From Mobula hypostoma (taxonomy: Eukaryota): a stretch of DNA of 64,000 bases. Below, piece after piece: positions 50,317 through 61,849 of the stretch; position 1 is the stretch's first letter, and each line of letters opens with the position of its first letter. The notes beneath the pieces were generated by a model. The model made no database searches, was not told where the DNA came from, and was given only the letters and a program-made list of their open reading frames with translations. The translations under genes and the position numbers were made by a program. The DNA is taken from the NCBI RefSeq assembly GCF_963921235.1, contig NC_086108.1, positions 84,632,001 through 84,696,000 of the forward strand. Direction: 5' to 3'.

Positions 50317-50588
50317 CTTTTTGTTTCAGCCATGTCTTTTTGTGTGACGCACACTTTTCTTTCAGTTTTATTCACTTCTATTTCAGCTGCATCAGCATCC
50401 TGGTCATTCAAACTCTTTGTGGCTGCATTCTTTAATCCCTCATAAAATTCAACTGCTTCTCGAGTGGCTTGTGTGTGGTCAATAAAAGTTGTGTCTTTAC
50501 CCACTTTCCACAACTTGTATCTTTCAGGCTGAAACTTGCGCACAAAAACATCCATTGAAATCTTTACCATATCCTTCCTGCATGAGCA
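50317..50588 (-). CDS. KDM4A: Exon [28 protein letters not shown]...AETK(S), with Zn-binding CxC
   Basis: cag acceptor, AG|gtaaga donor, 272 nt, phase 0 to 2. Confidence 0.94.
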
Positions 50589-51647
50589 CTGGAGAAAACA
50601 TTCATAATTAGAATCTTTCCTTTGAAAAGCCGTCTAGCACAAGATAATTTTTCAATTGAAGTAAAATTTAGCGCTGTAATGCTTTGTGTTTTTTTTTTGA
50701 AAATAAATAAAGCATTTGATGCACAGTTTAATTAGGTACACCTTTGGCAGAAAGCATGGTGAGACACCAGAGTTTTTGGTATTTTACATATAACATACTA
50801 AAAAAATCAGTCAGGTTACTTAGAAAAAATAGTAGTTCGAAAGTATTTTATTGCTAACTATAACAGTTTCAAATCAATTACCATTTATATATTATGCTTT
50901 GTATTACAAGCTCACTTTTAGAAATTTAATATTTGACACAGAATTAGTGAATTAAAAATAAAATCTTCATAGTCATTTTGTTCCATTAATACTGCTTACT
51001 ACTACTGTTCCACTAAATATTTGTTGAGCTTGAACAAGGGGCTCTGACCTGAAGCATTCCAAGGCCAGATAAGCCTTGAAATTATTGAATGGTGGTGCAA
51101 GCTCGATGGGCCAGATGGTCTACTCCTGCTCCTATTTCTTACATTCTTGTTAACTCTTCCTCTTAGTAAAGATGCTTTTTCCAGGATTTCTTTGTATTTC
51201 AGATTTCCAACAGTTTTAGACACACAGGTTTTTATTTTCCAGCTCTCATTTTCATGGAGATTTCATTAATAATAAACTTACACCCAAAAAAGCTGGATAC
51301 ACTATTGGATCTCATCTTGAGCCTTTACAAAAGAACTTCACAAAATGGTTATAATTTATGTATTTTTCCCCAAAATAAAATCAAGACGAAGACAAATTTG
51401 GCAATTGAACTTCACTGTTGTACTTCAAAGTGGGATTACTGAAGAGCAGTAACAGTGAGACAGAGCACCCCCACCCCCCAATACACTACACTATATATTC
51501 CTTCTGAGGCAAGTGTTTAATGAAACTCTGTTCCAGTTCAGTTACTATTTTCTAGCTCTTAAGATAATAAAAATAGTGGAAGACTGCAGATTAATAGTTA
51601 CCCTAATATTAGGAGCTGCATAACAATATTTTAATTTGTTTTCTCTA

Positions 51648-51863
<216 letters not shown>

Positions 51864-52824
51864 CTATGAATTAATAAAGACTGATTAAAACTAATACATT
51901 TTCCTGAAATGAATTTGTTCTACTATATCACCAAGTTACCATACAAATTCCAATTATGAAATGAAATCCAAAGCAAAGTAATTGCACAACCAAACAACAA
52001 AGTGGCAAAATGAGTAGTTTATCAAATCATTTTTCCTTCACCATTAACAGACCCAATATCCCGACTACTGAAAAGCAATGCCATAATTGAAGTTTGACCT
52101 GTCTGTAGTATCCAGTGAACACCATTAACAATACCGGTAAAAGAACAGATCAACAGACATGTCGAATTCAGCTTATAGTGCAGAGCTTACTCCTAACCAT
52201 AAGTCTGCAATAGAATTAAACACTATAAATTTGGGTATTGCCAAATGGCATTGATAATGCAAGTAGAAATGTAAAATATGCTGCTATATTCTACTTGTAA
52301 GTGAGTGGCAACATTCATTTCACTGTTCTGATAAAACAAGCAAAAATATAATCATTTCAGGCAAAAAGAAATGTAATGAGTCCAAGGGACAGCATCATAA
52401 AAGTAATAACTGCAAAAAACATAAAGAAAGCACAAACAAGGGAACAAGTAGTTCTTCATTTTTCTTGTTCCTAAATAGATGACAAATGTATTTAAGGATA
52501 TTTTACTAATACAGAAATTAGTACAAGGTTGTCAGCCTGAAAACGTTTTTAAAAATTATCAACATTTTAAGAGGAATTATTGTGGAATGAATTGATCACA
52601 TGTAAGAAAATAGAATTCTAACAAATACGTCCCATTCCCCTAATCTGTTGGCTAAACTCAGTTTGCAACTTCCCAAATGCTCTGTGTACAGAAATATGTT
52701 CGGTGTTTTTTTTTGTAAGGAATTTGTAGCACCAGTCAAAAGTTTTAATTTCCTAAATCAAGTTCTAAAAAATCAAATGCACTACTTATTTTCTACTACG
52801 GTATTGTTTACAATAACCCAACAT

Positions 52825-53303
52825 CATAGAATATAGAACAGTACAGCAGAGTACAGGCCCTTCAGCCCACATTATTGTGCCAACCCACAAACCCTTCCTC
52901 CCATATAACCCCCCCACCTTAAATTCCTCCATATACCTGTCTAGTAGTCTCTTAAACTTCACTAGTGTATCTGCCTCCACCACTGACTCAGGCAGTGCAT
53001 TCCATGTACCAACCACTCTCTGAGTAAAAAACCTTCCTCTAATATCCCCCTTGAACTTCCCACCCTTTACCTTAAAGCCATGTCCTCTTGCATTGAGCAG
53101 TGGTGCCCTGGGGAAGAGGCGCTGGCTGTCCACTCTATCTATCCTCTTAATACCTTGTATACCTCTATCACGTCTCCTCTCATTCTCTTTCTCTCCAAAA
53201 AGTACAGCCCTAGCTCCCTTAATCTCTGATCATAATGCATACTCTCTAAACCAGGCAGCACCCTGGTAAATTTCCTCTGTACCCTTTCCAATGCTTCCAC
53301 ATC
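52825..53303 (-). mobile_element. CR1 3' fragment, same subfamily as 16410-18212
   Basis: Reverse complement closely matches about 17735-18210. Confidence 0.9.
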
Positions 53304-53464
53304 ATGTATGGAAAAACAAAAACAAAAACACTCTGGTCAGATTGCATTTGCAAGAACAGTTGTTTCAAGTCAGAGAGTCTCTCTCTCTCTCTCATTAGAA
53401 TGTTTTTTTACTTTAGATTTCAAATCATATACACTTTAAAAAAAATTCAATATCATGTACATGC

Positions 53465-53568
53465 CCTGTCAAAGGGAATTCCATATTTCTTGAGTATAGA
53501 AGGAGATATCAGAGTCATCTTATGGCGCAGAAATGCTTCACAGCTTTGAGCGCTTCCTGGGAAAAAGC
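53465..53568 (-). CDS. KDM4A: JmjC exon (G)[34 protein letters not shown]
   Basis: cag acceptor, 104 nt, phase 1 to 0; donor reads AGG|gcatgt (GC donor). Confidence 0.93.
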
Positions 53569-53973
53569 CTGTTTAAAAAAAAAGCAGGAAATTTTCAACT
53601 ATCCATCTTAAAACAACCAGGCAAAGCATTTATTTCTTAATCACATAATTTCTCCAGTATTTCCAAGGCTTGTTCCAATTAAAATATTAACTGATAAATT
53701 ATACAAAAGAAGCATTTTCTGCCATTGGCCTTCATTAATGTTATTCTATTGTTCCTAGTTGAGAGATGTTACTACTGTTTTTAGCACGGTATTGCCAGCT
53801 AATGTTCACTGCCAGCTAATGTTCACTTTCGGGTTACTTCAGGGAATAATTGCATTTAAACAAAGATGATGCAAGTTGGTCCAATTAACATTTTTAATGT
53901 ATCAGTAAACATGCTCTGATAAAATAGGCAGCATATTCAAAAAAGAATTAAAACCCATTATTTGCAATTTCAA

Positions 53974-54070
53974 GCAACACACATCAAAGTTGCTGGTGAA
54001 TGCAGCAGGTCAAGCAGCATCTGTAGGAAGAGGTGCAGTCGACGTTTCAGGCCGAGACCCTTCATCAGAA
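53974..54070 (-). mobile_element. 97-nt Penelope pLTR mini-insert beginning at the hammerhead CTGATGA box
   Basis: Perfect 14-bp TSD atttgcaatttcaa at 53960-53973 and 54071-54084. Confidence 0.88.
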
Positions 54071-55354
54071 ATTTGCAATTTCAACCCTTCTGCCAATAGT
54101 TTATAGTAGCAGACAAAGCAAACTTAAAACGCAAGTTGGATTATGTTAGGTAACATGCTATTATTTGACATTGCCTTGGATATGCAATACTCCATTTGAG
54201 AAAAGCAGTATTCATTTTTATTTTAAAATTCAACTGTTCTCTGGCCATTATATACTTGAAGGCCACTATAGAACCTGCGTGGTTAAGACATAACATCTTT
54301 GTAAAATAATAATAATCCATGGGACATGAATGATATTGGCCATGCTTCCTTTATTGTGCGTTCTATTCAAGATGATAATCTTGTGCAAGTTCTGTGAAAT
54401 GCTTGTCTTCGTGGTGATAATACTTAAAACAGTGAAATTCACGGTGAATACAAATAATTTGCAAGTGTGTAAGGATGCACTTAACATGCACACTAAACTA
54501 TTGCCAATTATTTTCTTCCATGCAATTATGCATACAAGTGTTCTACAACATAATATAAAAAAGACTCGAGCATCAAAATTTAAAATTGTGATGCCTTTCA
54601 TATTATTCAACACATACTTGTCAACCATGCTTTCTACTAGCTTGGAAATGGAAGGAACAAAATATGAACATTTGCCACCAAAAAATGTAACACATTAGAT
54701 TTAGAAGCTGAAATAGAAAGCCTGTACTGATCAGTGAGTTGCTTTGTTTCCCAAAACACTACAAAGTAAACTGAAGAATGAATTCTCAATGGCCTTTTTC
54801 AGGAAAAATTGCACATTTAATATTTTAAACAGCTTTTCTCCCTTCTTTTGAGAATTGCCTAGTGTCTATTCTGGGGAAAATCAGGTGTACCAAGAAAAAG
54901 GCAACTTGCATTTTTCCAAAGCCTACATTTTAAAAAGGAACAAGACACAAAGGACTGCTTTAGGCCCAAGGCCTTAATTAGTTCACAGGCAGGCTGTGTA
55001 CTGTAACCACAAAACACCAGCTTTAGAGTTTCAAAAAATGTACCAACTCATACTGCTATTCCACTTTGTGCTCTCATCACTTTTGCCACCAGAGATACCA
55101 GATAGGTCAGAATTCCAAAATGTGTTCAAAAATACTTATTGGTTGAAGTGCAAAACACTTGTGGTTGTCTTGAAGGCAATAGGCGATTGCAAGAAGAATT
55201 CGGATGAGAACAGCATCGGAGTGTAAGAATTGCCTTTTAGTTTTAACCATTCCTATTTTATATGCAGAATTTGAGTAACATTTCTAAAATCTGAATCCCT
55301 TTCCACAATGTCATTAAAAGCATTCAGCCGTTAGATCAATTTTAGATAGAGATA

Positions 55355-58300
55355 CAGGTGTTCCCCGCTTTCTGAACGTTCGCTTTTACGAAAGACCTAC
55401 ATTAGTACCTGTTTTCGCTAACCCAAAGGATTTTCACTTTTATGAAAAAAGACGCCCACTTTAAACTTAGTGTTTACCCTGAGAAAGACTACCATGACCA
55501 TGAAGCCTTGCTCGGGCAGATGTGTTGGCATGTGTGTATGTGCTGACTTTTTTTTTCTACAAATCGGTTTTGGCTCAATCTTCCCGATTCTGTTAAGTGA
55601 AGCGCCAGCAGGCAGCGTGGCACGGCAGCAGCGGCCTTTCGGATCTGGTGTTACTTTAATTTAATTTTTAAATTTAATTTTAAGGCACCATTTTTGATTA
55701 GGGCACATGGATAACAGAGTGACTATCTACCATTGCCAGATACTGCTACAATGCAGAGATCGCCCAAAACCAAACCTTCATGAAGATCTGCTGGTTAAAT
55801 TACGTGACCTTGGCTTGCTGAGGGGATCGGGCCTACAGTCCTCGGAGTCACCTGACGCCGGTTGCCGGAGGTGGGCACATTGTAAGCGGTGTGCGAGGAA
55901 GCGGAAGCGAGGCAAGCGGGCAGGAATCCGTGCCAGGCAAAAAGCAGACCCTAGCCGGCCAGCTCTCCTGCCCATTCTGCTCTCCAATATCCACTCCCTG
56001 GACAATAAATTGGACTACATCCGACTCCAACGAAATACTCGGCGGGAGTACAGAGTCTGCTGTGCGTATGTTTTCACGGAAACATGACTCACCGATGGAA
56101 TCCCTGCCATTCAGCTGGAGAGGCTCGTCTTGTTTCGAGCAGACAGAGATACAGCTCTTTCCAGTAAGACTCACCATGGTGGCTTGTGTGTTTACATCAA
56201 TACGGAATGGTGCAAGAACTCTGTGCTGGTTTCCAGATACTGCTCATCGCTACTGGAGTTTGTGACTATTAGACGCAGATCATTTTACTTACCACGGGAA
56301 TTGACCACTGTCTTTATAGTCAGTGTCTTCATTCCTCCCAGCGTTAATGCTCAGGAGGCATACCATATGGGGCTATATGCAAACTGCAAAATGCACACCC
56401 TGATGGACTGTTTATTGTCGCCGGAGATTTTAACCATGCGAACCTTAAGTCAGTGCTCCCCAGATTTCATCAGAACGTGGACTTCACAAGGAGGAGAACA
56501 TGTTGGACCTTTTTTTACACAAACATTCCCGGCGTGTATTAGGCGAAGCCCTGCCCCCACCTTTGTACTCAGACCACATCTCTGTTACGCTAATCCCAGC
56601 ATACAAACCACTCGTCAGGCGCTCCGGACCAGCTCAGAAGCAGGTGAAAACCTGGCCAGCAGGAGCCATCTCTGCTCTTCAAGACTGCTTTGAGCACACT
56701 GACTGGCACATGTTCAGGGAGGCTGCAACCGATGGCGACTCTACCAACTTAGAGGAGTGCACGGCATCAGTGACTAGCTACATCAGCAAGTGCATCGATG
56801 ACATCACTGTGGCCAAGATCATCACTACACACACTAACCAGAAGCCATGGATGACCGTGGAGGTGCGTGCACTGCTGAGGACCCGTGATTCTGCCTTCAG
56901 AGCAGGCGACAAGGCAGCCCTAACAACAGCGAGGGCCAAATTGTCCCGGGCCATCAGAGAGGCAAAGCGTGCACACGCCCAGCGAATCCACAGCCACTTC
57001 CAGGACAGCAGCGACACACAGCGCATGTGGAAGGGCATTCAGGACATCACCAACTACAAGACAACAGCACCTGCCTGTGCTGGTGATGCCTCCCTCCCAG
57101 ATGTGTTGAACAACTTCTACGCTCGTTTTGAGGGGGAAAATGACATGGCGGTGAGGAAGACCACCCAAGCACTAAATGACCAGGTGCTGTGTCTTACCGC
57201 GGCCGATGTGAAGAGAACCCTGTGCAGGGTCAACCCACGAAAGGCTGCTGGACCAGACAATATTCCTGGCAGAGTGCTTAGAGGATGCGCAGACCAGCCA
57301 GCAGAGATTCTCACTGACATCTTCAACATCTCCCTGAGCAGTGCTGTCGTTCCTACGTGCTTCGAGGCCGCCACCATCGTTCCTGTGCTGAAGTCTTCAG
57401 TGTTCTGCCCCAACGACTATCATCCATCATCATGAAGTGTTTCGAGAAGCTCGTCACGAGGCACATCAAGACCCTGCTGCCCCCCTCACTGGACCTCCTG
57501 CAGTTCACGTACCACCCCAACCGTTCAACAGACAACGTCATTGCCATCACCCTCCAACTGGACAAAAAAGACATGTACGTTCAAATGCTGTTCATAGACT
57601 TCAGTTCAGCATTCAACACAATCATTCCTCAGAAACTGATTGGAAAGCTGAGCCTATTGGGCCTAAACAGCTGCCTCTGCAACTGAATCCTAGACTGCTG
57701 ACGGGAGACCTCAGTCAGTCCGGTTTGGAAGCAGCATCTCCAACACCACCACACTGAGCACGGGGGCCCCCCCAGGCCTGTGTGCTCAGTCCATTGCTGT
57801 TCACTCTGCTGACCCACGACTGTACTGCAATACACAGCTCGAACCACATCATCAAGTTTGCCGATGACACGACTGTGGTGGGTCTCATCAGCAAGAACGA
57901 TGAGTCAGCATACAGAGAGGAGGTGCAGTGGCTAACAGACTGGTGCAGAGCCACCAACCTGTCTCTGAATGTGAACAAAACAAAAGAGATGGTTGTTGAC
58001 TTCAGAAGGACACGGAACGACCACTCTCTGCTGAATATCGACGACTCCTCTGTAGAGATCGTTAAGAGCACCAAATTTCTTGGTGTTCACCTGGCGGAGA
58101 ATCTCACCTGGTCCCTCAACACCAGCTCCATAGCAAAGAAAGCCCAGCAGTGTCTCTACTTTCTGCGAAGGCTGAGGAAAGTCCATCTCCCACCCCCCAT
58201 CCTCACCACATTCTACAGAGGTTGTATTGAGAGCATCCTGAGCAGCTGCATCACGGCCTGGTTCAGAAATTACACCATCTCAGATCGCAAGGCCCTGCAG

Positions 58301-59057
58301 CGGATAGTGAGGTCAGCTGAGAAGATCATCGGGGTCTCTCTTCCTGCCACTAGACACTTACACCACACGCTGCATCGATAAAGCAAACAGCATTATGAAG
58401 GACCCCATGCACCCCTCATACAAACTTTTCTCCCTCTTGCCATCTGGCAAAAGGCACTGAAGCATTCGGGCTCTCACGACCAGACTATGTAACAGTTTCT
58501 TCCCCCAAGCCATCAGACTCCTCAATACCCAGAGCCTGTACTGACACCAACCTACTGCCCTCTACTGTGCATATTGTCTTGTTCATTATTTATTGTAATG
58601 TCTGCACTGTTTTGTGCAATTTATGCAGTCCTGGGTAGGTCTGTGGTCTAGTGTAGTTTTTCTGTTGTTTTTACGTAGTTCAGTGTAGTTTTTGTATTGT
58701 TCATGTAGCACCATGGTCCTGAAAAACATTGTCTCGTTTTTACTGTGTGCTGTACCAGCAGTTATGGTCAAAATGACAATAAAAAGTGACTTGACTTGAA
58801 ACTACACTGCACATAAATTATTTGTACTTTATATAGGCTGTGTATTTATCATATCATTCCTGCTTTTACTATATGTTAGTGTTATTTCAGGTTTTGTGTG
58901 TTATTTGGTATGATTTGGTAGGTTATTTTTTGGGTCTGGGAACACTCAAAAATTTCTCCCATGTAAATTAATGGTAATTGCTTCTTCACTTTATGCCATT
59001 TCGGCTTACGAACAGTTTCTTAGGAACGCTCTACCTTCGGATAGCAGGGGAAACCTG
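55355..59057 (+). mobile_element. Short Tigger-like element (same family as 22159-23635), split by a Rex LINE
   Basis: TA TSDs, CAGGT...ACCTG termini; 58801-59057 matches the right end of the 22-23 kb copy. Confidence 0.82.
55602..58796 (+). mobile_element. Near full-length Rex1/Babar-like LINE, frameshifted
   Basis: [35 protein letters not shown] and KFADDTTVVG motifs; (gactt)n tail; tgaa on both flanks. Confidence 0.9.
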
Positions 59058-59401
59058 TAAATGAGAGACAAATCCACTCCAGTGCAATAATAAAATAAAG
59101 TGTTGTTTTAACAAGTCAATCTACATCACTGGGTCTCAGTTGTTGCAATCACCACCACTAATCGATCCAACGGAGCTGCTAACAATCATTAAAGGGGACA
59201 AAGTAACAAAAATAAAAAAGTTATCTTTCAGCTATCTGCTACAGTGAAGAAGATAGTTGCTTGGAAAGAAATTTAACAAAACCTGTACATTTCTAACTTA
59301 CTATAACCAACTAACAATTAAAAAAAAACTCTTCACAACTCATCATAATTGAGTTATTTTTCCGTTCAGGGAGTTAAGAAAAAAAACAACAAAAATTATA
59401 C

Positions 59402-59451
59402 CTTTAGCCAAGCGTTCTAGTCGCTTTCCATGTTCTGGAGGAACAGTATAC
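59402..59451 (-). CDS. KDM4A: JmjC exon (W)YTVPPEHGKRLERLAK(G)
   Basis: aag acceptor, G|gtataa donor, 50 nt, phase 2 to 1; too short for the ORF track. Confidence 0.95.
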
Positions 59452-59800
59452 CTTCAAGAACAGAATTAAAGAAATTATTAAATATGCCATAAATATTAAA
59501 GTCCCTTCTGTGAACTTCACTATCCTGAATGACACCAACACACTCACAACTGCACAAGTCTACCACTAATGGGAGCCTTAAGTTGTTGATTCCCATATCT
59601 ATGCCATCACTGAATAGAACTTGTTGCGCTGATCATCTTTGAACCAACAGACCACATAACTGTCTATATCACAGACTGCATCAGATCATGCTGTCTCATT
59701 TCATCCAAAAACCAATTAAGTTCAAAAGTTAATGAATAGTTTTTTCTTCGCTAATCATTTGTACAGCTAGTTTTTTCCAATGAAATTTCAGTACAACATA

Positions 59801-60186
59801 TACTCAGCGGCCACTTTATTTGGTACATATGCTCATTAATGCAAATATCTAATCAGCCAATCACTGATAGCAACTCGATGCATGAAAGCATGCAGACACA
59901 ATAGTCTCTTTAGAGTTCACCGAGAATGGTGCAAAAAACAAAAAATAAATCCAGTGAATGACAGCTCCGGGAGAAAATGCCTTGTTAATAAGAGGTCAAG
60001 AGGAAAATAGGCAGACTGGTTTAAGCTGGCAGGAAAGCAGCAGTAACTCAAATAACCATGCGTTACAACAGTGGTGTGCTGGAGAACATCCGTGATGTGC
60101 AACATGTTGAACCTTGAAGTGGATGGGCTGCAGCAGCAGACCACACCACCTTCCACTCCTGTAGCTAATTAAGTGGCCACTGAGTT
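59801..60186. mobile_element. Non-autonomous Tc1/mariner-type element (MITE-like)
   Basis: Inverted ends actcagcggccactt / aagtggccactgagt flanked by TA. Confidence 0.78.
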
Positions 60187-60272
60187 TAAGTATTTGTCAC
60201 TAGCGTTGATAACACCCATCCCTGTTAAGCACAATACTTAAGAAATAAAGATAATGAATGCAAGCTTTTTAC

Positions 60273-60466
60273 CAGGACTTCGGTTCACCAAAGTGCAGGT
60301 AGTTAATGCTGTAGAGATCCATGTCCTCTGTGTGCCAAGCAAAGGTGGTTTTCCACATTCCAAAATAAAGGTACGGAGTATTGACACCTTCAATGGTGAT
60401 GCCACTCTCTTTTTCCACTACATCCAGGATGGTGTTTAAATGCCCAATATTCCATTCATTCACATC
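60273..60466 (-). CDS. KDM4A: JmjC exon [10 protein letters not shown]...[22 protein letters not shown](W), with the Fe-binding HxE motif
   Basis: ttag acceptor, TG|gtaaaa donor, 194 nt, phase 0 to 2. Confidence 0.96.
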
Positions 60467-61101
60467 CTAAACAAAGAAATCACATTTAAACAAAACATTG
60501 TTGAACAAAGTCAATTTGGAAAATGTACCTGTTAAAACTCTTTCAACTACAAACAAATAGAAAGATGTATATTAACACAGGAATCCTGAGTGAATATGGG
60601 ATTCTAGACTAATCCACACAAGATTATACCACCCGATACCATTTCTCACCTTTACAACATGCACTGGAAAATTAGATGCACAGTATACACAGCAACTATG
60701 TTAAAAATGATTTATATAATCCTCAGAAAGCTCCACTATATTATTTGTCTGTGTCATATTTGTAATTCTTTAATCAGCATTCACTGATCTCAAAAAGTTG
60801 GCCCGTTCACTTTCCGGCAGATGGCTAACTGTTTCAATTAGACAGAACTAAAGCACAGGACAGTGAGGTACAGAAACCACTACAAGTTAACTGGTATTAT
60901 TTTACTGATTGAAATGAAATCCTACAAAGACCAACATCCTTCTTCCCATGACTTGAAAGGCAATTTTTTCTTTACAATGAGAAAGAATTCCTCTCAACAG
61001 AGATATTACTGTCAAAGAAGCCTCACAAATATGAGACACCAGGTCTCACCTAGCATGGAATAAGAAATTAAAGAGTTGCGCTCAGATGCTGGAGGTGTGT
61101 G

Positions 61102-61756
61102 TGAAAACGCCTATAAATGGCTACAAAATGGCTAGCAGTCCTCTTGAAGAAAACAGGGGATCAAGGGCTGTGTCAGGATGAAGATAATTTACCCATTCCC
61201 ACATAATATGTAGATAAAGTGCAAGTCAGCTTCCTAAAATCTCAATCCCTTTCTAAAAGGTCACAAAAAGCATTCAGCAGTTGAGATGCAAGACTGGCAC
61301 CATCAATTTGCATCAATCTTCAAATTAAAGGTACAGTTGAATAATGCTAAAGAATAGCCTATGAACAGCACATTATTATGCTCCTGCAGTCAGCAACATA
61401 TAGCTAAGTACAGAACACACTGGAGGTCACAAAGACACATCTCAGCATTAAGTTCAGGAGTAGTTCCATAATATACTGAACCTTAGAATCATTTATATTT
61501 TGAATCCTGTCCCTCACGTATACCACAACCACAACCGATCCATCAATGACAAACCCATTTAATTTCAGTGGAGCCGGCAGACCACCAATCCAAGTGGTTT
61601 GTTGTGTTGTTTCTATTCACATGAAAACGCCTATAAATGGCTACAAAATGGCTAGCAGTCCTCTTGAAGAAAACAGGGGATCAAGAGCTGTGTCAGGATG
61701 AAGATAATTTACCCATTCCCACATAATATGTAGATAAAGTGCAAGTCAGCTTCCTA
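61102..61756 (+). repeat. 135-bp direct duplication (61102-61236 and 61622-61756), one mismatch
   Basis: Directly visible, offset 520 bp. Confidence 0.95.
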
Positions 61757-61849
61757 CAAGTTAATTCACATGAAGTCAAATGCAGATTTTAAGTTTTATC
61801 ATTTATAAACATCAAAGATATTTAGAGACATTGGAAAAGGATTCTAACA

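Noticed and set aside
53793..53827. Tandem duplication of tgccagctaatgttcac
   Set aside because: Ordinary short slippage duplication with no further structure.
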